A DNA stretch of 63,534 nt, the filler included, from Platydemus manokwari (Eukaryota): the NCBI GenBank assembly GCA_037951405.1. It is 6 parts of 6 records of this genome, joined end to end, with 100 filler letters (N's around TTAATTAATTAA, not from the genome) between each part and the next. Parts side by side here need not be neighbours in the genome. Positions count along the whole stretch, not along the records: positions 45,073 to 54,447 come from JBBMOY011257763.1; positions 54,548 to 63,534 come from JBBMOY011319093.1; 4 more parts are not named here. One strand, 5' to 3'. Of the stretch, positions 51,691-63,534 are shown one piece after another. A program made the position numbers and the translations under genes. The stretch's first letter is position 1; every line of letters starts with the position of its first letter. Below the pieces are notes generated by a model. It had not been told where the DNA came from. It saw only the letters and a program-made list of their open reading frames with translations, and ran no database searches.

Positions 51691-53184
51691 TCAATTGGTG
51701 AGATTCGTCGTTATCATTGGCTTCATCATACACTTCTTTTTGTGGTAATTATACGATGCATTCCAAAAATAACCCTTTCCACATTTTTCACAACAGTATT
51801 TTGCTTGATCGGAATGCTTGCCATCCAAATGCTGTTTGAGGCTGATCTTTGTCATGAATCGACTTTCACAGAAATCACATTCAAAAGGCTTTTCTTCGTG
51901 CAATGTTGTCGTTTGAGACGGCGGCGCTACACCGCCAGTTGGAAGAGTTGGTGGTGGCAGGCCGATATTGTCTGCATTGGATAGAACTGGAAAATTCGGC
52001 AAACTGGGAGCGTTGGTTGAATTCGGGATGAAGTTTTGAATGACAGAATGTACTGATGGATTCGTTATTCCACTACCATTGACGGATTGCATATTTGATA
52101 TTAATGGTGGATTCTGCATTGATTTATAATCGATAATTTTCTGTAAAATCATTGCTCGTGCTGATGCAATACATGTGCGTTTGTGTTCGTACATATCTGT
52201 CATATTGGTGGTTTTGAAGCCACACAGACATTGATCGGTAATTGGATGATGAGAGAACACTTTTGGTGACTGCGGAATTCGAGATTCAGTGTGGTTGAAT
52301 GACGTACTGATGGCTGAATAATTGAAATTGCCTTTTTTGGTGTTGTTTGAGTCTTGAGAATCGTTCAAAGCAAGTTTCCGTTTACTGCACTGCTGTTTGT
52401 GAGTATAGAATTGTGGTGGCCAACGAAATCGTCGGCCGCAATATTCACACTCATGCCTGGGAGGAAAGTGCAAATGTTTGTGTTGATCGAGAAGACCTTT
52501 TGACTTGAAATTCTTTTCACAATGTTCGCATTCGTATACTTTGCCTGTTCTTTTGGGTTGATCTTGACTGTTTGGAGAAGACGTATTAATGGAAATTGGA
52601 AGACATGGTTTTTCAGAATGGGAAGAATAATCCATATTGATACCGGTTATTGAATAATCTGCTACTCCTATGGGTTCTTTGCTTTCACTCTTTACGAGAT
52701 TGATTGGATTTCCATAATCCAATGGCAAATCGTCTGAGTCTTCATTTTGAATCGGTGTCTGTTCTGTTGAATGAGTTAATGGACTGCGAGACTCAAAGAT
52801 AGGTTCTGTTGGTTCCATTTCCTCATCTTGGATGCTTTCATCTTCTGGAACTTGTTCATCACCGAAGCCATTTTGCTGCAAATCGGTTGCAGCTATAGGG
52901 CATATGATATAATGAGCCAAAAACTGGGACATGCTATTAAAACACTGATTGCAAGTACATGGAAAAGTTCCACTGAGGTCGTGACATTCGTCGAAATGAT
53001 TTTCAATTTCTTGCTGACTTGAAGATGCGTATTTGCATTCTGGACAAACGAATCTGTTCGTACAATTAAGAGTAGGTGTGTTTTCTTGATTCACAGTAAT
53101 AGAGGAAGAACTAGAATTTGAATGTTTATCTATTGAGTGTTGCATAGCAGCTGAATTTAGTTCGATATTTGATTCTTCATTGAC
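51691..53184 (-). CDS. Multi-zinc-finger (C2H2/C2HC) transcription factor, main exon; 5' exon unresolved
   Basis: 484-aa ORF with seven fingers, e.g. YECEHCEKNFKSKGLLDQHKHLH and FECDFCESRFMTKISLKQHLDGKH. The frame stays open to an acceptor (TTTTCATCAG) ending at 53185. Confidence 0.92.
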   Translation of the reverse strand, partial: VNEESNIELNSAAMQHSIDKHSNSSSSSITVNQENTPTLNCTNRFVCPECKYASSSQQEIENHFDECHDLSGTFPCTCNQCFNSMSQFLAHYIICPIAATDLQQNGFGDEQVPEDESIQDEEMEPTEPIFESRSPLTHSTEQTPIQNEDSDDLPLDYGNPINLVKSESKEPIGVADYSITGINMDYSSHSEKPCLPISINTSSPNSQDQPKRTGKVYECEHCEKNFKSKGLLDQHKHLHFPPRHECEYCGRRFRWPPQFYTHKQQCSKRKLALNDSQDSNNTKKGNFNYSAISTSFNHTESRIPQSPKVFSHHPITDQCLCGFKTTNMTDMYEHKRTCIASARAMILQKIIDYKSMQNPPLISNMQSVNGSGITNPSVHSVIQNFIPNSTNAPSLPNFPVLSNADNIGLPPPTLPTGGVAPPSQTTTLHEEKPFECDFCESRFMTKISLKQHLDGKHSDQAKYCCEKCGKGYFWNASYNYHKKKCMMKPMITTNLTN

Positions 53185-54447
53185 CTGATGAAAAGAAAAG
53201 ATTTTACCAATTATATTTTTATAATAATAATTTTATAAAAAAAAATGATTCCACTAGCAAACGATTCGGAATGATTCATTTCAAATATGACTGTCATTCC
53301 GCAAATATTTTCTACATACGTTTCACAATTACTTGTCATGTTCACAAATTGTGTGAAATATATCACTTTTAAATTGAAAGTAGATTATAAACAATTGTAC
53401 AAAATGTTTTGCTTTTACTGATATTTTCCATCTTTGTCATAGACTTCCCGTTGATCATCGCCAACCATTATTATTGTGTGAATGATTTGAAAGGAAATAT
53501 CGAAACATTATCATGTTTCACACATGGATTGAAATTTTTTCCAGCTTTTTTTCAACAAATCGAAAAACATCTCAAGCAAATCGGTAATTAATTTCAATAA
53601 AATAAAAAATAATTTATCGATATATTGATATAATAATGACATCGAATAAAATGTTCTCCAAATAAGTATACTCTTTCCAATCAAATCAAGGAATAAATCT
53701 GACTTAATAGCTGATGACATAATGAAAAACAAAGCACTTAAATGACCGTGATTAATTTAGAAATTATTGATATTAATTTGGTCCTAAGCTGATTGGTTAG
53801 CTAGGTCTCTAATAAAAAAGGAAAGCTACAAGTAACAATAGAAGCTTTCACACTGAACTGTTAATATTTCCTGTTATTTGAGGTACGTTTTCTTGGCCAT
53901 TCTAAGAAATTTCTCGATGAAAACATGTACTTAAAACTCTGACAAATTACAATTATAGATTTTCATTGATTATATAGCTACAAGACCACTTTAATTTAAT
54001 ATTTATTTAATGACGCTCAATTAATTACAATTTTAAATGACAATTCATGTATACAATTTGCCGTATGTTCAATAATAATATTAGCACCATTTGTACTAGA
54101 GAAAATCAATAGAATGAGATTATTTTCAATAAGTCAATATCAGATCTATTATGGTTAAAACTCTGCAACTTTATTAAGCCCAATTCTCTGTTGCTTGACA
54201 AGTAGTAAAATGAGTTAGTGGAGAAGATTTAAAAATCCAATAAAATTCATAAAATCGATTATTGGATTTCGTCAATTTACATCTGAATTTATAAATAAAT
54301 TATCTTGAAGGGATATCATTTTACAGATATAATTTAATCTGATTGACTTTAATTATTTCACGTTTATAATTAAATTCGAAACCACAACAATGGTAAAACG
54401 GTAAACAAAATAGCAATAATATTAATACAATAATAATAATCAATAAT

Positions 54448-54547
54448 NNNNNNNNNNNNNNNNNNNNNNNNNNNNNNNNNNNNNNNNNNNNTTAATTAAT
54501 TAANNNNNNNNNNNNNNNNNNNNNNNNNNNNNNNNNNNNNNNNNNNN
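54448..54547. other. Assembly gap with linker
   Basis: N44-TTAATTAATTAA-N44. Confidence 0.98.

Positions 54548-54617
<70 letters not shown>
54548..54617. repeat. (AAT)n microsatellite
   Basis: Seen directly. Confidence 0.95.
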
Positions 54618-54619
<2 letters not shown>

Positions 54620-57600
54620 TTGTTATCATAAAACGCTGAAAATAATCAATTGATTGAAATTTAGCATTGATATTAATTTTAATAATAATAAAATAATTAT
54701 TAATAAAAAAATAAAAATAAAAATAAGATATAAATATAAATAAAAATAAAGCAAAGATATATAAATGGTAATTATATAATCAAATAATAAAAATAATAAT
54801 ATTGGTAAGATACAAATAAAATATAATTAATAATTATAAATTGTCGAAATTAATAAAAATAATGAAAATAATGATAAATAATAATCGAATTAAAATAAAA
54901 TTATAATAAAATATAATAATAATAATAACATCAATAATAATAATAACAATAATAATAATAATATCCTTAATTGATCATTGTTGAAAGATGTTTTCAATTC
55001 AGTTTTTAAAAATATTATTTTACATCAGCACGCACCGTACGACATGTAATAAGAAAGGATTATATTGTACGATAACCAATAGATTTTCAATTTCTCTTGA
55101 TTATCCAATCATTGACAATAATAATAATAACAAATAACAATAGAAATAATATTGACATTAGTTTGTGCTTTCTGTTGAGCATGTTTTATTTGCTGATTCA
55201 ATGATAGTAAAGACCAAACATTATCGTTTGAAAATAGTCTCCATATTGTACATTGAAAAATCCATTTGACACATTCTGTAAAACTTCGTGCACGCAAGTA
55301 TAATCTCAACAATTAATCCAGGAACACTTTCCATATCTGGTAAAATTCAGATTGTTAAGAAATTTTTAATTAAAACGGATAAATATGGAGGTTCTAATTT
55401 AATAGAAAACTAACTCATACGTTATAAAATCCTTTAAATCAAAACTTTTTTATTAAATCACCCAAAGCATTATTTTTACTGAAGAATATTTAATACTCTC
55501 TCTTTTATATTTAATAGAGCTTTTAGGGATTTCTGTCTTCGATTTGTACTTTTTTTTATCATCATAAGTGAATAATGAAACATAAATATGTTTTCATCAG
55601 TCAGCGTACATATTCAAAATTATTTTTATCTTATTCAGATAATGTGGTTAGGGTCGATTGAAAAATATTTTGTTAAAATATTTGATATACTATTAATCAG
55701 AACAGCTTGGAAATTAATTATTTTAAGTATTAATCTGACTTCAATGAATGAATAATAAAATATGAACAGATAAAATAAAAATATTATTATTACAATGTAT
55801 ACAAATTCAAATACAATTATTTATTATGACACAATAACCTAGTGGAATTAGTGATTCTATTGTTATGATAAAGCAAATTATGCCTTCTACACTTTAGCGA
55901 TAAGAGCCTTATTTATTGAATAGGTTACTGATGGTTGAGCATATTATTTCAAGCAACCACTCTTAGTTGTTCATTATTTTTCGTTGATAGATTTTTTAAA
56001 CTTTATTTTGAAGAATGATTGAGCCCAGTCCAACCCATTTAAATTGATTACTAGCAACATCAGTTGCATCATAACAGAATGTTAAAATTAAATTAAGAAA
56101 TTCCCCGCAGATAAAAATTCTAAATAACTGTTTAAATGGTATAATAAGTTGTTTTTCTTCTCAATAGTTGATTGCTATTTCCACAGGATTAAGAAGATAT
56201 TGATTATTAATTATTCCAACATTAATTATCGATTTGGAAATATAATTCGATATAATATCGATAATGACTGCAGGTGTATCGGGCATTTAAATGTCTTGTC
56301 GTTAATTTATAGTGTAATGTGTTATCGTTGGTCTTATTTATATTGCCACTTTTACATTGCTATTTTTCACTTTTTTATAATTTTTATCTTTTCTCTCTTT
56401 TTATTTATCGTTTCTATTTTTAGATCTTATTATTTCGTTGTTATATTTTCATGTTTTCAATAGTATTTCTATCTTTTGTTCTACTTTTCGGTAACTTCTA
56501 AAATTTTTTTTCTATTGATGAGATGAGGTCCAGTACCCAAAAATGTATTAAAACTCAAACCCATCAAGAATATGATTTTTGATAGCAATTTTTCTAAATT
56601 AATAATTCTTTTGTCGAATTCAAGTTATAAATAAATCATTGTTGTACAAAACTCTCCTATTTAAAGATTCGTATAAAAGAAAGAAATTAATGTGTTATAT
56701 CGTTCGATTCATACGTCTCCTTCTCTAAAACTAAAATAAAAAAAGAATATTTGAAAGGTTTAATTTTCTTCCTTGAGATAGAAGTTTGTGAAACCATATG
56801 CACTTCTGCAGTTTTTATTTATTTGTGCCATCATTCTCTTTTACAAAATTTACCAACTTTTCCAGTCATCAGACTATCTTCTTGATGGATAAATTTCCAG
56901 TTTCTTTAAACTTCTGTTTCCAGTATTGCACTATTATCCTAGCTAGCGGTGCACGATTGAAATGTTGTTGAAATTCTTGGCAAGCTGGTACATTATTGTA
57001 TAAAATTATAAACACTCTATCCACAGGCGAAAATTTAACATCATAGCTACTTATACCATATAAGGGCCTATCAAAAGAAAGTGTTCACATAAAGTAATGA
57101 AAAATTCAATATTAACAGCTACATCATGAAAATCCAATAAAAATCCAATAAAAAAAATTCGGAAATCACTAATTTAATGACTTGAATCTCATGCACACTC
57201 ACATGATTACTATTTCTAAATTTGAATTTGTGCGAATTGGTAGTTATTGTCGATTAAAAGTGATAATGGTAATTCTGTAACCGCTATTATCATCGATAAA
57301 GGTAAGTGAATAGTTTCTCTATTACTTTGTAACGGTATATTCCATTGTAATAATAAAAATAGATGAGAATCGTTTGTATCATTCACTCATTTATAAATTA
57401 TTAAAGTAAGAACATTGTAAAATTTCTATATGATTTTATAACAAAACAAAACCAAAATTCCAGTGATAAATATGAAAATCGAACTATTAATCAAAGATCA
57501 CCAATCATCGCTTTAGCAGTTGTTATAAGTAGAATATTGAAATAATATTCATCTATTATTCTTACAGTGTTTATTATGAATTTTATGGTATTTGGTTTTA

Positions 57601-58100
57601 TAATCTGTTCTATTACCAAATGACCTACTTTATTATACTATTACTATGTTGTCTCTTAGCTGTTATTTTAGAGTATTTTATTGTTTTTTAAGTATTTATA
57701 AGTTGTCAAGAAAAAGATTCTGAAAGAAATTTATAGATTTTAAATTTACATTTAACATATTCAAACATTTCAACTTACAGCTTTTATTGGCACTGACTTT
57801 ATAGTTTGATATCAATGAAGAAATTTTATTGATTTTCAATATCTATCTTACAATTGATTGGTTAAGATTATCCAATAAAAATCTTTTCATAAAGAATATT
57901 AACAATAAAATCAGTTGGAATCAACAATTTCGGTTTGGGATGATAAAATAAACGTCATTCAAATTACCCGAATAGAAAATAATAGATCAGAAATTTTATT
58001 CATAGCCATTTAGCTTCGATTCGATTTATACAAACAAAGCAAGTCTAAGAAAGAGTAAAAACAACAGTAACTCAGTACTTCTAAGAGAAAATAAAATTTT

Positions 58101-58637
58101 TCAAATAGTGATATTCGGTGCTGATGTCAGTATCACGGCCGATGACGTAATCGTGAACATGATGAAGCCTATTAGACAAAATCGATCAATAACTCTTGCC
58201 GCAAATTTCCATTCGTTAGATTTCTTATAATCAAAGTTTTCCTCGTGAATTTTATCGGTGATTTGTTTCAACTCATGAATTACGTCTTCTAATTCAACGA
58301 AAATTGAGCACTTCGTTGCTGAATGATTACAAATCATCGGTTTAATATAAGCATTTTTGTAAATGTTTTTCGTTCCAGTTGATGATTTCCTGGGTCCACT
58401 ATGAGTATTTGATGCCATCTTATTTCCCGTGATGGTTGCAATTGTGGGTCTTGCATTAGTGATTGTCGGATAAGGTTTGGGGGCTAGATTCTCATAAGTT
58501 AGAAATGAGTGGTTTAAGTTTGGTATTATGCTTTTTTTCGCCTGATTCTCTTTTCTGGTAGAATCATTGGTTACTTGAGGATTTCTCGGAGACATCAATA
58601 AACAATTGGCAAGCCATCGATTTACCAGGACTTTCAA
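58101..58637 (-). CDS. Nicotinic acetylcholine receptor subunit (alpha7/ACR-16-like), last exon: M3-M4 loop and M4
   Basis: EWKFAARVIDRFCLIGFIMFTITSSAVILTSAP is the alpha7-group M4 signature; AG acceptor at 58639-58638. Upstream exons were not found in the window. Confidence 0.9.
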   Translation of the reverse strand: MKVLVNRWLANCLLMSPRNPQVTNDSTRKENQAKKSIIPNLNHSFLTYENLAPKPYPTITNARPTIATITGNKMASNTHSGPRKSSTGTKNIYKNAYIKPMICNHSATKCSIFVELEDVIHELKQITDKIHEENFDYKKSNEWKFAARVIDRFCLIGFIMFTITSSAVILTSAPNITI

Positions 58638-60817
58638 CTAAATGAATTAAATAACAAAATAAAGAATAAAATAATTTAAATAAACTATCAATTGGTGAAA
58701 TTACATAAACCATGTGTTAAACGGTTCTCATTAAAAAATTCCTTAATCCTGAATATATATTCTAAAATCATGTTCATACCTAAATCGACTTACTAGACTT
58801 TCATAAATTTTTTTGCTTTAAGTTATCAAAAGTAAAACAAGATTTTTACCAAGACAATTGGTTATATACAAAATTGACTCAGAAGTTTTTGTAGCGACTT
58901 GACTATATTCAATGGAATCTTGTCTAGCATAAATCAATTTCCTCATCTCTATGGGTTATCGACAGTGATCATTGTACCTAAAAGTGATATGTACATTTTC
59001 TGTTGTGAAAGGCACTGCTGTATGGCCATTAGGTCATAGTGAACTTGGTTGGACCTTGTTGACCATTAAAGGTTGGATCTTAAATAATGGATCTTAAATA
59101 CAGTCATGTTTTGTCAAGCTTTGGTTTTTAAGACTCGCGTATTATTTATTGTTTATAGTTATTGGTTGATAATTTAATAACATATTGTTACACCTTTTCT
59201 AAGTCCATGGAATAATGGTATTGTATTTTAAAGTAATAAATATATAAAAATATTTTATAGTACATAACCATATTAAAAATCATAGAAAAATGTTTAATAA
59301 CCTTGTTAAAAGTGGAAAGGCATCCCATATTGTCAATGCTTTAAAATAAAACCAAGAAAATAAATCAACTATAAAAGAAACAAAGTAAAATAATTAAAAA
59401 ATTAATTGCTGTAGGTTCATAGATGTCAGCCAAATGTTTTTCTCGTGCTTGCGAACCAATATTGAAAACCATAGAGAGTGCTCTAAATATTTGGATCTCA
59501 ATGTTAATTAATAATATAGAATTTTTTCGAAAAATCTAATAAATTTATTGAAATCTTCCGTTTTAATCATTTTTTAAATCTTACCTAATTTCTTATAATG
59601 AGTTCTAATCTCTTTAAATCAAGGTGATTTATGAGAATATTATCTTATTATTAAATTTATAAATATTTTTGGTAAAATTAATGAACTCAACATTGTGTAT
59701 AAAATAATGTTTATCATCGCTATAAATGGAGATAATCCACTTTTAAAATTAATGAAATAACTTTTCAAACTATTAAAAAATCTTGAATCCATGGAATAAA
59801 CAAATTTATGTCGAAATAAAAATAAACTTTGTAATAGTAGACTAATAGAATTTCATTATCAATTCTCATCACACATGTGACCCAACCATAATCGTGATAA
59901 AAAATATTAGGCATTAAGAGAAAATAAAATTATAAAAATTAAAAAACCCAATATTACATTACATACCTAGACATTAAAGTATAAATAGACACAAGAATAA
60001 AAAATATTTAAGAGAAATAAAAAATTAAATTAAAAAATTCCTACATAAAATAGAAAAAAGAAAATAAAAAAATCAAAATTTTTCACATAAAAGTTATTTG
60101 AAAAAAATAAATAAAACAAAAATGTTTTTTTGCTATAACAAATTCTTTTATTTAAATGACTCAAGGTCAACGAAATGAAAACCATGGTTAAAATCAAAAA
60201 ATTTATTCACTATTTCAAAATCTATTTTTAGTAACTAAAAACACTAAAAATAGTGTAGGTCAATTTAGCAACTCAAGTAGTTAAAAACAGTAGGAAGTAG
60301 TTGTTAAATTTAGACATGGCGTCTGAAGCTTTGCCAAAATAGCAACAAATAGAGACCAAAAATTTATATGCAACCAACAAAATTAGTATATAAGCGCAAT
60401 CAAATTCATTCTGCATGCACTTTATTTACATACTCAAAACATTGATTGTATTACAATTATTATTCTGAAACATTTTCTATTATTGTTACAGACCATTTTT
60501 AATTATTAATCGAAACATTTGCAACTATTGTTGCGAAGAATTTGGTTTTCAACAATTTATTAGCCACATAGTTGAGCACATCTGTATTTTGTCCTGAAGG
60601 TCTATCCTTCCACAATAATAAAGTTTATCTTTGAGTATTTTAAAATTCGATTTGCTTGTTTAAAAATTTTTATCCTATTATATAATTTTATTTGATTATT
60701 TATTATTGTTCACATTTTTTAGGATGGCTAATATTCACACTGACTATTTATATTTAAATATTATTCTTAATATGAGAGAGTTCTAACACTTCCTAGGTAT
60801 CTGAGAAGAGCATATTC

Positions 60818-60946
60818 TGTTGGGAATAAAATCGCAACCTAATTTCATAATTATAACACCAAAATCTGTCTCCGAGTGTATTAATTGTTATCGTATAACA
60901 CCAAAATTTTTAATCTAATTTCATTTACCATTATAAAATCCCAACA
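60818..60946. repeat. 129-bp segment with 8-bp terminal inverted repeats, solo-LTR-like
   Basis: TGTTGGGA...TCCCAACA; no target-site duplication visible. Confidence 0.45.
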
Positions 60947-63534
60947 CACCGTTAATCTTTCTTATTTGCTTGATATTGTTAATATGAGATATTGAATTAC
61001 TTTTTATTACTTGAAAAATCAACATCTGAACTAATCGAACATTATTACTTTATAATAAATGCTCTCATAATCATGTTGTTAAAATAATAATACAGTTATA
61101 AAATAGTGCTTAGGTTGGTAGTGCTGTCCATGACATGAGTTTCGAATTTCAATTAAATATCTTCATTCAATAAAAAGTTGTATGTGTGTATATAAAATAT
61201 ATGACGTTATTTTTATGCCATTATTTTATATAATTTTTGACTCTTCAAATTTTTTCACATATAAGACAATAAAATATTTCAATTAAGGATCCTTTTGAAA
61301 ATATGGTTCCTGATAAAATCTTAATAATAATTCACATTTTGAAAATTTTTAATATAAGTATTAACAAAAATTACAAAATTTTGTTATCGATTCAAATTTT
61401 TTGAAGTTATAAAGATTGATTAATTCTTCATAATAATGTTCGAGTAACCCTGCCAACCAGAATATAATTTCTAAAATCGATTTTCAATCAATAAATCTCT
61501 TTCAACAAATTTAGGGTAGTATTTTTCACCAAAATGCTTATTTTGCGTTCTTACTCTGTCTATAATAATATTTTAAAAATTGTACATAAATAGAGTAAGT
61601 TATCCATCCATCTACGTACATAAATGAAAATATAATATTTAATTACTAAAAATAGACATTACTAAAAATCTGCATGCAAATTATTCGAAGAGCTTAGTAA
61701 TCGATCAGCACACAGAGTAATTTCTTTTACACGGAATTCATTATTTGAGGAAAAAAAGTTGTAACCAAACAACTGTTTGCTAAAATTTTAATCTTTTGTT
61801 TCTAAATCTTATCATTAAAGTAATACTTTGACTTTTTTGTCAATAACTTGAAGGCATTTATTTTAACTCAATTGGCTTATAAATGATCCAAATCAAGTCA
61901 TAAAGTTAACCAAAATAATCACAGAATTAATTGCATAAAATAAGACACAGTTTGTGGCTAAGAACACTTTAGATTTAGCTAGATTCAAAGCTTTTAGCAA
62001 AATTAGAACCAATTACGCATTCGCATGAGATATTAGTTCCAAGAGGAATTTAATTGTTCCAGATAACATGGGACCCATAATGATAAAATTAATAAACAAA
62101 GTAAAACGTTTATTCAACAGTTGACAATGAAATTTCATTGCAGTATTTGTTTATTAAATCCATAGTGTTGACATATCAAGTAGAAGAATGTTTGCTGAAA
62201 TCAAGTAAATTGAAAGAGGTCAATGGTGCTAATTTTCTAGTAAAATATATTTTACTTTTAATCATGTTCGCATGGAACATATTATTATCATTCGTTATAT
62301 AAACATTTATCAGAATATATTGGCTTTATTATTTCCCAGATTGGAAATTATTTCATTTCTGCTAACTGTTTTTCCTGTTTGCTACATGATCATGAGTGGG
62401 CGTGATATATTTTCTAATTTACAGTTAACCTGTACCATTTCATTCTCATCATTCATTTTCATATCGATACACTATCATTACTTAACAGATTATTCTGCCT
62501 TGTTTTGAAATACTTAGTACGAGATATTAAAAATAATAAGCAAACATTTTGTGTATGAGTCGAGATAAACTTTCCCATGATATAGAAATATATTTCAGCG
62601 TTTTATATTATTTTTTATAAAGCTATTCAATATTATTAACAAGCTGCTGAACATCATATTAGTGATAATATGTCATGGTGTATATCTGAAATAGTAAATA
62701 AATTTATTTAAATATTATTTTCAGATGGACTTATTACATATGTGAGCACAAGTTTATAAATTACTTTTATGTTGTAAACATAACCAATCGACATATATTA
62801 AGGCTTGTAGGTTTTTTTTTTTTCTTTTATTTAAATTATATTATTAATAACAAAAATTATAAAATTGTTGGGCTTCCAACAAACTGGTTGTCCAAATCTG
62901 ATTCCAATTCTCTATTGGGCTCGCAATGATAAGTCGGTTATATGTGAAGAAATTATATTTTTATGCCAATAGCTACAATGGGTCTGGCACAAAATATCCA
63001 AATAAGAGGACAGAATCATGGAACGAATTTATTTTTTACATCCAAGACTCCCATTCTAGCAGAATGCATTTTATACCATTTGAATATATTTTAACTAAAC
63101 CAGTAATAATACTACAAGCTGGCTATTTACTTTTAATGACATGACAAATATACAGTATCTGGCTCATTTAATGAGGTTTATGTGGATATTTGTGAGGTTT
63201 TGAGGTATCTGGCAACCTTGATTTGCCCTACAGCTGCCACAGTGTTCTGTTTGTTGTGTACCGGTTTATATGCCTGCCATATAATAACATGCTCTTTTTT
63301 TTTTCTCTTAACAGACTTCTGGAAGCTGACTCTACATGTCTGCTTTACATGGCATCTCTTATGGAATTAGTGCATAACCCAATAAATAATCCCCAAACGA
63401 CACAACTTTCTTTTTTCTTATTCTTTTTGATCGTTGGGTTTGTCATTTTATCTATTGTAAAATCTATTTTTAAAATTCCAGCCAGCAGTTTTGAAAAATT
63501 ACTGAAGCTGATTGTGCTTATGATCTCCAGCACC

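Noticed and set aside
55570-55605. CTGATGA plus a hairpin on the minus strand as a hammerhead ribozyme
   Set aside because: The stem is followed by CATT rather than the required GAAA, and no closing helices are visible.
56500-57060. Minus-strand KFSPVDRVFI and GPHLI as an integrase C-terminal remnant
   Set aside because: Only two short motifs, spaced too far apart to support a call.
62860-63534. Possible gag-protease remnant at the window end
   Set aside because: TE-like composition but no intact zinc knuckle or DTG motif.
8700-63534. Numerous 60-100 aa F/I/L/K/N-rich ORFs, many with TTG or GTG starts
   Set aside because: Expected by chance in AT-rich eukaryotic DNA; no motifs or splice support.

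Overview
This is very AT-rich animal genomic DNA with ~50-nt introns; a planarian-like flatworm is a guess from composition only. Five 100-bp scaffold gaps each carry an artificial TTAATTAATTAA linker. Host genes, all on the minus strand: a complete 9-exon CNOT4, an intronless RING gene, a multi-zinc-finger gene, and the last exon of a nicotinic acetylcholine receptor subunit. A decayed Polinton/Maverick at ~16-22 kb retains pPolB, a membrane-protein gene, an HNH nuclease and a fibre-like ORF. The most unusual region is 87-8630. A decayed Ty3/gypsy element has the C-terminus of a chuvirus-type (class III, herpes gB-related) glycoprotein directly upstream of protease-RT-RNaseH-integrase, and an apparently inactive ISG20/REXO4-like DEDDh exonuclease fold downstream of integrase. 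The N-terminal part of the same glycoprotein type, preceded by ~450 unassigned codons, lies inverted just beyond the 3' LTR. All family assignments are by-eye motif recognition; no database searches were run.
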